Source: Candidatus Multivoradales bacterium (lineage in GTDB: Bacteria > Acidobacteriota > Thermoanaerobaculia > Multivoradales > Multivoraceae). From it: a stretch of 64,000 nucleotides of DNA. Made by a program: the position numbers and the translations under genes. The DNA is taken from NCBI GenBank assembly GCA_965223325.1, contig CBDCWI010000001.1, forward strand, positions 448,001 to 512,000. The letters run 5' to 3'. Below the pieces are notes generated by a model. The model was not told the DNA's origin. It was given only the letters and a program-made list of their open reading frames with translations, and did no database searches. Numbering within the stretch: the first letter of the stretch is position 1; the number at the start of each line of letters is the position of its first letter. Positions 49,501 through 56,381 of this stretch are shown piece by piece.

Positions 49501-50662
49501 ACTCATAGCGAACCGAGAACCCTTGCGTGTCGTTGTCTTGACGTGCTGAATAGTCTTCTTCCACCAGCCCGGTGCTCGCGTCGATATCGCGGTCGACGAG
49601 CCGGGCACCGTCTCCTACGAAGAAGCTCTTCTTGAGTGCGCCGTACTGGTACTCGTGACTAAGTTCATAGTCGGCTGTCCCGAGCGACGCCGAACAGGTA
49701 TTGCTGGTCGGCACCTGGTCGTTGACGCCGCCGTGGTGCTTCTCGCTGGTGACGAAGCCGCCGCTCTGGCCAAACTCGACGATCACATCCTTCGGGCCGA
49801 GGCTGGTGCCCACGGCGATTCTTCGGGTTCGCTCGAGGAAGCCGTTGCCGGCGTCGAAACAGAACTCGGTCTTGTCGGTGTCGCCGCCCTCGCTGACCTG
49901 GGTGTAGTTGAAGATACCGAGAACCCACTCGCCGCTTAGTGAAGGAGCCGTGCCGCTACAGCCGGAGTCCCAGTCACAACTGTAGGTTGTGCTCACCTTG
50001 TTGAAGTTGCTCGTAGAGACACGCGACGTCGGGGACGCACTGCTGCCGGAGCCCAGGCTGCTGGTGGTGGTTGACGTTCGGAAGTGGCCGAGGCCGTCGT
50101 AGCTCGACCGCTCCGTTTTCGTCCAGGCGCTGTTGCCTCCAGGGCTGCCCCAGTTGTTGCCGTCATCGTCGTCGTGGTAGATGACTTCTTCTTTCAGAAC
50201 ATGAGGGTTCGTCGGGAAATAGGGTCCGGTCGGCGTACTTCGACCGGGTCCGTAGGCATAGCGCACGTAGAACGAACGCAGAGGATTGGCGTGATCCGTC
50301 GCAGAGAATTCTTGCCGCGAGAGAAACAACCCGGAATCGTGAGGTGACGCAAGAGCCCCGCTGGTTGTGAGCGGAAGCCCGCGGCGCGCGTCCTCAGTCT
50401 CGTTCGAGTAGAAGTAATGCTTCGTCAAGTGATTGAGTGGATCGGTAACGTGAACCACTCGCGTGTCGGTCACGACGTTGTTGAAGTTGTCATATTGCCA
50501 GGAGCCCGAACTGGTCCCAAAGCCGCTCCCCTTGTCGTACGGAACCGTCAGCGTACGCATATCGATCGCCGTGACAGTTTCTACCCAGTCTTTTCCGAGC
50601 CCGGCGTTGAGGTCCCAAATCTGGTAGGTCCACTCGTAGGTCGACCCCGTCGGAACCGTCAT
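46484..50662 (-). CDS. Rhs/YD-repeat protein, main part, with a C-terminal HExxH (DUF4157-like) domain
   Basis: YD repeats, Rhs core 'DYMHARY..P.LGRF.SVDP...WNRY.Y..NNP..FVDPDG', then 'A.ALGN.VF...LLGHELDHV'. Confidence 0.92.
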   Translation of the reverse strand: MTVPTGSTYEWTYQIWDLNAGLGKDWVETVTAIDMRTLTVPYDKGSGFGTSSGSWQYDNFNNVVTDTRVVHVTDPLNHLTKHYFYSNETEDARRGLPLTTSGALASPHDSGLFLSRQEFSATDHANPLRSFYVRYAYGPGRSTPTGPYFPTNPHVLKEEVIYHDDDDGNNWGSPGGNSAWTKTERSSYDGLGHFRTSTTTSSLGSGSSASPTSRVSTSNFNKVSTTYSCDWDSGCSGTAPSLSGEWVLGIFNYTQVSEGGDTDKTEFCFDAGNGFLERTRRIAVGTSLGPKDVIVEFGQSGGFVTSEKHHGGVNDQVPTSNTCSASLGTADYELSHEYQYGALKKSFFVGDGARLVDRDIDASTGLVEEDYSARQDNDTQGFSVRYEYDDLGRMTEANPYNGSPLGACTDIDYQSATWSYGSTLSVSGLAHINRYQRPGGGSCLGAIATAETIYFDGNGAVSAERRNVASVGSPGNTVTSERLIERNVLGWTTCSTELESTSEHANGCTQSSSSTTFSGFDRYGRPKVSIAPDGFQTDYAHVGEQWSASLVRMRPRSGEAGSFCFKAGQSNSGWLCGMKILQYDGYGRLVSTRESLRDVNAGDYLFASYGHDAGGRLKSAVLQHATYTTHNDNGFSLDGPAQSRGWTYDGRGFLTSETHPETGQVLYAKYDSRGNVLEKRYSSEPSTKSRRYYYDAAGRLDRVEHQNGTKYKQFEYYGNSSAANGLGARGQLKTAKRWSYLPGGNAYLISETYTYKGRDGRPDGRHTEIAPPGEPSIFFYQRQEYDELGGVSKLVYPCRVASVASTDCAVTTREVDFTYDEGALSTVTSADQDYVTNLLFHRNGMPHQYQLANSKNYTLGFDPNRMGRPSSFSDGATTWTLAYDGAGNVTQVGGAQYYYRGASRLIEADLGSSTNQQRYTYDDFGNRTNVENWTGSSWAPNLVTVSTGSNRVTGPGTWTYDEQGNMTSRPDAGSGSVGYTWDLLGAMLELSTGAQDHSYVYTADDERIVEARPGDDQYTLRDFNGQVIREYRGSCGFPTGGNAGALFADSFETDDTECWSKSEPPGSTGSGYTRRYRDSIYAGPLNIASVEEDGETLFYYRDHLRSPRTVRDSSGSVVETYEFFPFGEQVTPSSPSGDGVKATTKFTSHERDEAITTNVMDDLDYMHARYSSPLLGRFVSVDPISGKPGRTLSWNRYIYSYNNPMSFVDPDGLEPLEANVLQFFNRWFGADFSSTQLFLDSRLVPNKNTAIALGNFVFVEPGETSSGVRRRTLEGLALLGHELDHVRFYQIVGGAFYGAYVGNYLENRFKGEGAGHNEAYLGIVFEELARKTEARVRTFLQQHPDILEKLISGEPLSEADLEAINADVEEHARSGGLKKGLQFIQGFLVYVR

Positions 50663-51645
50663 GCGTTCGAGAAGCCCATTCTTGAACTTGTCTGCCGGTG
50701 CCGATGAGTCGGAACGTAGTCGAACTCAAACCGCTCGGTCTCGGGTAGGTTCAGCTGTTCGAGAAACGAGTAGGTGGTGTGGCCGTTGGTCGAGTCGTGT
50801 GGCTTGTACGTGTCGCGGTTGATGTAGCTGAAGGTGTACGGCGTGGTACCACCCCCGAACTTCGCCAGGTTGACCTGGTTGATTCTCGACTGCCCCGACG
50901 GGTCCGTCGAGAGTGAGACGGTGTGCGTGCGGATCCCGTCATTCACCGTCCACTGCGTGGGTTGGGCCACACCGCCGCTGTAGGTAATCGAGACTTCATT
51001 GCCGAAACGGTCGGCAATCAGGCGGATACGACCCTCGACTGTCTCAAAGTAACGCCTCGTTCCGTCCGCGTGTTCGACCACATGGCAACTGATTGTGAGG
51101 GAACCACAGCTCGAAGAGGGTTGGTTGGTCCTGAGGCGCATGAACGAACCGTCTCGTGTGTAGAGCGTCCACTGACCGCTGGCGCTTCCCTCGGACCCGT
51201 TCGTTGAGTGCCACAGGTCACCCCAGAAGATGCGCTTTGAACCATCGCCGTCGAGAAGCGCCCAGCGATTACCGCTGAAGTCGTTGTTTGCGTCGGGCGC
51301 AAAGAGACGGCCGAACTCGATCATCCAACCAAAGCCGGCATTGGAACGAACGTCGAGCTCAGTGAGCGCGGTCTGACCGTTATCCTCGAACTGCCATGGG
51401 TAGTGGATGTAGACGAGGTTGAAGCGATAGGACAGCGTGCTCGAAACCACGTACTCGATTCCTAGCGGGATCGCGACACTGAGACTGCCATTCGATAGGT
51501 TGACTGAGTCGAGCTGGCCGAACTCGTAGGCCGTGGGGTTGCTGAGGCCTTTGGCCAGATTTGGGTGTTCCTGGGCTGCGGTCGGGGTCGAGAACAAGAC
51601 CAGTGAACCGATGGCGAGCGCAGTGGCAAGGTTTCGACAGTTCAT
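50659..51645 (-). CDS. Rhs protein N-terminal part with Sec signal peptide (probably one gene with 46484-50662, frameshifted)
   Basis: Signal peptide ending 'TAA-QEHPN', 'DSVNLSNGSL.V.IPLG', 'RLIADRFGN'. The downstream frame reads 'NGLLERMTVPTG' across the junction. Confidence 0.8.
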   Translation of the reverse strand: MNCRNLATALAIGSLVLFSTPTAAQEHPNLAKGLSNPTAYEFGQLDSVNLSNGSLSVAIPLGIEYVVSSTLSYRFNLVYIHYPWQFEDNGQTALTELDVRSNAGFGWMIEFGRLFAPDANNDFSGNRWALLDGDGSKRIFWGDLWHSTNGSEGSASGQWTLYTRDGSFMRLRTNQPSSSCGSLTISCHVVEHADGTRRYFETVEGRIRLIADRFGNEVSITYSGGVAQPTQWTVNDGIRTHTVSLSTDPSGQSRINQVNLAKFGGGTTPYTFSYINRDTYKPHDSTNGHTTYSFLEQLNLPETERFEFDYVPTHRHRQTSSRMGFSNA

Positions 51646-52376
51646 TGCAGGTCCTCCACGGCCTCGACCAGCACTCCTCGAAAGGTTTTTGTGTCAAAGA
51701 AGAGGACTCGATCGCCTTCGAGAATCTCTCGGAGCCTCTCGTTGGGCCTCGTCTCCCCTCTTGGCTTCAGGCTGGTCAGGGGGACGGTTAGTTGGGCGTT
51801 CTCCTCGAGGTCCATGTCGTCCTCGCCGCCATCGCGAAACTCCCTCGCCCAACTCCCAACTCCTGGCCGGATCCAGACGACCTCGAGGCGCTTTCCTTCG
51901 TACCTGATCTGTACCGGCGCATTGGCCTCGCTCGGCCTACGGAAGGTGATTCCGTCTATGTCGGGGAGCCGAAGTTCTCGTCCACCGGATACTTCGACAC
52001 CGCTATCGCCACGCTCGAGATCAATAGCAAGCCACACTGTGGCCCCGTCGTAGCTCCTATCGAGGTCGATCGCAGCGAAACCGGACGCGTCGGCGGTAGC
52101 CGTCTCATGAAGTCGATGGGTCTCGAGCCAAGTGCCTTCGATCAGCTCTTTGATGTACCCGAAGAAGAATGTTCTCGCTCCTGCAACAAGGCCAGATGCC
52201 GAGACACGCTCGGTCGGCACGTCGAACGTGACCTGAACCGGCCCCTGAGGCGGCGGAGCGGACGCGTCGGGAAGCTTGAAAAGCGAGTCGAATGGCACTG
52301 AACCTGCGCCACCCTGAGCCGACACTCCGGTCGTCGCAACGATCGCCAGAATGACAAAAGACAGCAGCTGTTTCAT
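51642..52376 (-). CDS. Secreted hypothetical protein, translationally coupled to Rhs
   Basis: Signal peptide 'MKQLLSFVILAIVATTGVSA', 'WIRPGVGSW...DGG..D.D...N'; ATGA overlap with the Rhs start. Confidence 0.7.
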   Translation of the reverse strand: MKQLLSFVILAIVATTGVSAQGGAGSVPFDSLFKLPDASAPPPQGPVQVTFDVPTERVSASGLVAGARTFFFGYIKELIEGTWLETHRLHETATADASGFAAIDLDRSYDGATVWLAIDLERGDSGVEVSGGRELRLPDIDGITFRRPSEANAPVQIRYEGKRLEVVWIRPGVGSWAREFRDGGEDDMDLEENAQLTVPLTSLKPRGETRPNERLREILEGDRVLFFDTKTFRGVLVEAVEDLQ

Positions 52377-52650
52377 GCGATCTCCTTTGGGTCTCGCGTG
52401 GACCCACAGGGGCGAACAAGGCAACTCGCGCGAGGTCAGAATCGCGAGTTCGGTCGCCGGAAAAGACGCTGGCTGCTGTCTCGACATCAGGCTAGCACAC
52501 GCCCTCGAAGAACGGAACGAGCGGGCCGCATCCGGTGGAAGACCCGCGGAAACGCCGTCACCGAGGCCGGGTTCAGTTTCAGGCGCGCCTAGGCTCTGCG
52601 GCCCTACTCCTCGGAGACCTCACCGAAAAAGACGCCGGTGATGGGGGCCG

Positions 52651-53445
52651 TCATGGTGTGTCGCACGAAGTGATGGTCGTGACCCCAACGATCGAAGGCC
52701 GCGGATCACGAATCGAAACCGTCCGTCGGACAACATCGCACCCATGGGTGATACAGGACCGATGCTTGACCGTCACGGATCGGGGGTAGCTCGAGAACGT
52801 CGGCACCTCCCACGCCCCATCCTGTGTCGACGCATCCCAGACGCCGTCATCTTCGAAGTCCCACTTCCAGCCCGTCGGGTCGCCGCTCGAGCCGTCCGTC
52901 AGGGTGACCGTCGTCCCCCCATAGATTCTTCCAGGAACCTCGAAGTCCGCCCGCGGCGGTCTTCCTGCGAGCGCCGCGAGTACCAGAAGGTCGACGACCA
53001 CGATCAAGCTCGACTGGAAGTCACCGAGTTCGCCGCCCCTGATCGCCAGCCAACCAACCACCAGAAAGCCAACCGCTCCCGAGACCTGGTACCAGCGCGT
53101 GCGACTGACTGTGAAGCAGAGCGCGACCACCACGAGAGCACCAAGGACGCCAAGGAGATGGTCGCTCCGAACCGAAGGCTCGAGCAGCCAGGTATAGGGA
53201 ACCGAGACCACCAGCCCCCAGATGCCAATCGCCAGCAGGACCGCACTGACCAGCTCGGCTTGTAGGCGCTGGCGGGGATCGAGAATCTCTGGCGATGGCC
53301 GCACAAACCGTCGCAGAGTGCGTTGGAGCCCCCGCTGCAGAACGTGTGAGAACTGCCCCCGGTGTGGCTCTGAACGATGTTCGTCTTGTTGCCGGTGACT
53401 GTCTCGTTCCTGATCGGTCCCGGCCGAAACCACGGTTTTGGTCAT
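52651..53445 (-). CDS. Chimeric ORF: histidine-kinase TM N-terminus fused in frame to a PKD domain
   Basis: The first ~157 aa match the kinase at 34816-36561. After the junction at 52972 it reads 'PPRADF...TVTLTDGSSGDPTGWKWDFEDDG', a PKD domain. Confidence 0.7.
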   Translation of the reverse strand: MTKTVVSAGTDQERDSHRQQDEHRSEPHRGQFSHVLQRGLQRTLRRFVRPSPEILDPRQRLQAELVSAVLLAIGIWGLVVSVPYTWLLEPSVRSDHLLGVLGALVVVALCFTVSRTRWYQVSGAVGFLVVGWLAIRGGELGDFQSSLIVVVDLLVLAALAGRPPRADFEVPGRIYGGTTVTLTDGSSGDPTGWKWDFEDDGVWDASTQDGAWEVPTFSSYPRSVTVKHRSCITHGCDVVRRTVSIRDPRPSIVGVTTITSCDTP

Positions 53446-54141
53446 GAGGTGCCTGTGCCCATGCGGTGTTGACCACGCCGCCATCAGGCCTTCCCAGGGA
53501 ATGGGTCCTATGGCTCAGGTCTTTCCGATCCCGAAATGTCGGAAAAGAACGTTGGAGGGTTGAAGTTCGCTAGCTGCTAATGAGCAAGGGCCGTGCCAGG
53601 CTTCTTCAGGCCAAGGTGCTCTGTTCTGCGTCGTCGCGGTACATTCTTCGATCGGAACGCGTCAACCTGAACCCGCAAGCCGGTTCGAGTGACTTGCACT
53701 CAGCCCGGACGAATGGAGGCAACATGCAAAACACCATGCGCACTCTTCTGGCTCTCTTCATCGCCTCGATATGTGCCGCGCCCATGCTGGCGGCCAATCC
53801 AGAGTTCGAAGGGATCTGGACGATTGATCTCGAGCGAAGCGATGGAATGGGGCCAGAAGAGCTCAAAATCGACAACACCATGGAGCTCACCCTCGACGGC
53901 GAGAACGTCAACGTCAAGCGCACCTTCAAAGCCAACGGGCAAACCGGAGAGATCGACTGGGTGTTTGTCACCGACGGCAAAGCCCATCTCATCCCTGGCT
54001 TTCGAAACGAGCGCAACGCGCGCACGAAATGGAGGAAAAACAAGCTGACGGTTGGCTACACGATGTCGCGACAAACCCCGCGCGGTTCCTTTGATCTTGA
54101 CGTCACCGAGCAGTGGAAGATCAACAAGAAGGGCGAACTCG
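52972..54141. repeat. Right copy of the ~1.15-kb imperfect direct repeat
   Basis: Aligns with 36109-37258. The kinase and promoter parts are diverged with in-frame indels; the secreted-gene part is nearly identical. Confidence 0.95.
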
Positions 54142-54212
54142 AGATCGTCTACTCCACGCGCGTCGGCGAACGCAACATGATCCGCACCGAGATCTACACC
54201 CGCGCTCGATAG
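53724..54212 (+). CDS. Small secreted beta-rich (lipocalin-like) protein, intact copy
   Basis: GGAGG RBS, signal peptide, 'FEGIWTIDLERSD', C-terminal 'EIYTR'. Confidence 0.75.
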   Translation: MQNTMRTLLALFIASICAAPMLAANPEFEGIWTIDLERSDGMGPEELKIDNTMELTLDGENVNVKRTFKANGQTGEIDWVFVTDGKAHLIPGFRNERNARTKWRKNKLTVGYTMSRQTPRGSFDLDVTEQWKINKKGELEIVYSTRVGERNMIRTEIYTRAR

Positions 54213-54238
54213 AGCTGCGCCTGCCAGCGCACGGAGAG

Positions 54239-55528
54239 TCAGGCGGCCGGCAGACCGCGTTCGAGCACGCCCTCCATCGCTTCTCGAAAGCGATCCACTT
54301 CATCGATCGTCGAGTAGACGCTCGGGCTCACCCGCAGACCCTCGAACTCGTCGTGCTTGATCGCCACCACGAAGATGCGGTGTTCCTCCCACAGATAGTC
54401 CGCCAGCGCACGGCTTTCGATGCCCTCGATCTGCACGTTGCCAATGCCGCACGCGAAGCCCGGTTTTTGACTGGTGTGTAGGCGCACCCGGTGGTGCTCG
54501 CGCAGCCGGTTCGCCCACCGGTCGCGGAGATAGACCAGCCGAGCCGCCTTGCGCTCCGCGCCGATTCCCTCATGGAAGGTGAGCGCCTCGGCAATCGCCA
54601 GGAAGTTCGGGCACGGATGGGTGCCGATCTCTTCGAACTTCCGAATGTCGTCGCCTTGCGACTCTTGTGCCGCCATCAGTGGCCACAGGTCTCTGATGTG
54701 CTCGCGCCGCACATAGAGCATGCCGGTTCCGAACGGAGCGAACAGCCACTTGTGGAGGCTCGAGGCGTAGTAGTCGCAGTCGAGGTCGCGATGGTCGAAC
54801 GGGAAATGGGCGAAGGCGTGGGCACCGTCGACGATCACGGGGATACCCCTCTTGCGCGCCATGTGCACGACTTCTTTGACCGGCAGGATCTGGCCCGTGA
54901 GGTTGATCATGTGACACATCAGAATCACCCGCGTTCGCGGGCTGATCTCGGCTTCGAACCGTCTTACGACCTCGGCCGGGTCTTCGGCTGGAATCGGAAT
55001 CTCGAACTGTTTGAGGACAATGCGATCGCGGCGCTCTCGCTGCTTGAAGGTCGTCACCATGCGGCCGTAGTCCTGGGTCGTGGTCAGGACTTCATCGCCA
55101 GGCTCGAGGTCGATGCCCAACTGACAGATCTGCAGGCTCTCCGAGGCGTTGCGGGTGATCGCCATCTCTTCCGCGTCGCACCCGAAGGCCTTGGCAAGCC
55201 GCTGGCGCACGGTTTCCTTGCCCGGCTCGAGCACCTTCCACATCGTGCGCGCCGGTGCCTCGTTGGCGTAGGCCAGGTACCGTGAGAGTGCCTCCTGCAC
55301 GACGCGGGGTGAAGGACTCACCCCGCCGTTGTTGAAGTTGACCATCGAGCGATCGACAGTGAAGGCCTGTTGCACTTCCGACCACAGGGCTTCGTTGCGC
55401 GCGGAAACCTCGGGCGCTTCCGTCTCGCGGCTGAGGTTTCGGCCAATCGCCGCGGCACGCCCCGGCTTCAGATAGGAAGCCAGAGCCGCCGCGGGGGCGA
55501 ACGAGAGCAGAGTTCGGCGGTTCAGCAT
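54239..55528 (-). CDS. Aminotransferase class V (isopenicillin-N-epimerase-like) with Tat signal
   Basis: 'NRRTLL' twin-arginine leader, 'TRNASE', 'VDGAH', PLP lysine in 'SLHKW'. Confidence 0.85.
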   Translation of the reverse strand: MLNRRTLLSFAPAAALASYLKPGRAAAIGRNLSRETEAPEVSARNEALWSEVQQAFTVDRSMVNFNNGGVSPSPRVVQEALSRYLAYANEAPARTMWKVLEPGKETVRQRLAKAFGCDAEEMAITRNASESLQICQLGIDLEPGDEVLTTTQDYGRMVTTFKQRERRDRIVLKQFEIPIPAEDPAEVVRRFEAEISPRTRVILMCHMINLTGQILPVKEVVHMARKRGIPVIVDGAHAFAHFPFDHRDLDCDYYASSLHKWLFAPFGTGMLYVRREHIRDLWPLMAAQESQGDDIRKFEEIGTHPCPNFLAIAEALTFHEGIGAERKAARLVYLRDRWANRLREHHRVRLHTSQKPGFACGIGNVQIEGIESRALADYLWEEHRIFVVAIKHDEFEGLRVSPSVYSTIDEVDRFREAMEGVLERGLPAA

Positions 55529-55607
55529 GCAGCCACGATACAACCCTGGGACGAATTGACAGAATGACGACGCCCGCCGCCCAACGCCAACAGAGGAGAC
55601 TCACCCT

Positions 55608-56192
55608 ATGCCCACCTTCTTCGAGGCAGCCGAAGACTGGAGGAAGTGGCTCGAGAAAAACCACACCAAGAGCGACGAGCTGTGGGTCGGGTACTGGAAG
55701 AAACACACCGGTAAACCGAGCCTGACCTGGCCCGAGTCCGTTGACGAGGCGCTGTGCTTCGGTTGGATCGACGGCCTGCGGCGCCGCATTGATGAGGAGA
55801 CCTACCAGATTCGGTTTACCCCGCGCCGCCCCAGGAGCATCTGGAGTGCGGTCAATATCGAGCGCTTCGACGCCCTCCTCGAGGCCGGCCGCATGACCGA
55901 GAGCGGGCGCGCAGCCTTCGACAAGAAGACCAGGGAGCGCTCGAAGGTCTACGCCTACGAGCGTCAGAATGCCAGGCTCTCGGACGAGTTCGAGAAGAGG
56001 CTTCAGAACGAACCCAGGGCCGCCCGCTTCTGGTCGTCGCTCCCCGCCTACTACAAGAAGGTCACAAGCCACTGGGTGATGAGCGCCAAACGCGAGTCCA
56101 CCCGCGAACGCCGCCTCGAAGCGCTGATCTCTACCTGCGCCGCCGAGGAACGGCTGCCCCAGTTCGAATCGAAGAAGACCCGCGGGAAGTAG
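55608..56192 (+). CDS. YdeI/OmpD-associated family protein
   Basis: 'W.KWLE.NH', 'V.EALCFGWIDG', 'RFTPR...S.WS..N', 'AKR..TR.RRL'. Confidence 0.88.
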   Translation: MPTFFEAAEDWRKWLEKNHTKSDELWVGYWKKHTGKPSLTWPESVDEALCFGWIDGLRRRIDEETYQIRFTPRRPRSIWSAVNIERFDALLEAGRMTESGRAAFDKKTRERSKVYAYERQNARLSDEFEKRLQNEPRAARFWSSLPAYYKKVTSHWVMSAKRESTRERRLEALISTCAAEERLPQFESKKTRGK

Positions 56193-56245
56193 AGGCCCGT
56201 CCGATGCCGGCGGGGATGGGAACGAAGGTCACGAATCTCTAGATA

Positions 56246-56274
56246 TTGAAGATATTGTCGTATTTCTATACAAT
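56246..56274 (+). promoter_or_regulatory. Sigma70-type promoter
   Basis: TTGAAG-N17-TACAAT in an AT-rich patch. A tandem AGATATTG repeat (56241-56257) overlaps the -35. Confidence 0.6.
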
Positions 56275-56381
56275 GAGGGTTGTCTGTTCGCCTGGGCCCG
56301 CGTGGGCCCGCGGCGGCGCTGTCTATCGCTGGCTCATCGCGAGCCAGGCGGCGCCTTCTTCAACTCCAAGGTCTCTTGACG

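Larger units (their letters stand above)
37259..52971. mobile_element. Genomic island (defence plus polymorphic toxin cargo) between the direct repeats
   Basis: Bounded by the duplicated segment. Contains two tyrosine recombinases, an IS3 remnant, CBASS and an Rhs locus, with visibly more A/T-rich stretches than the flanks. Confidence 0.8.

Noticed and set aside
37259-52971. Prophage, ICE or T6SS/eCIS locus
   Set aside because: No structural phage, conjugation, VgrG/PAAR/Hcp or sheath genes were recognised in the window.
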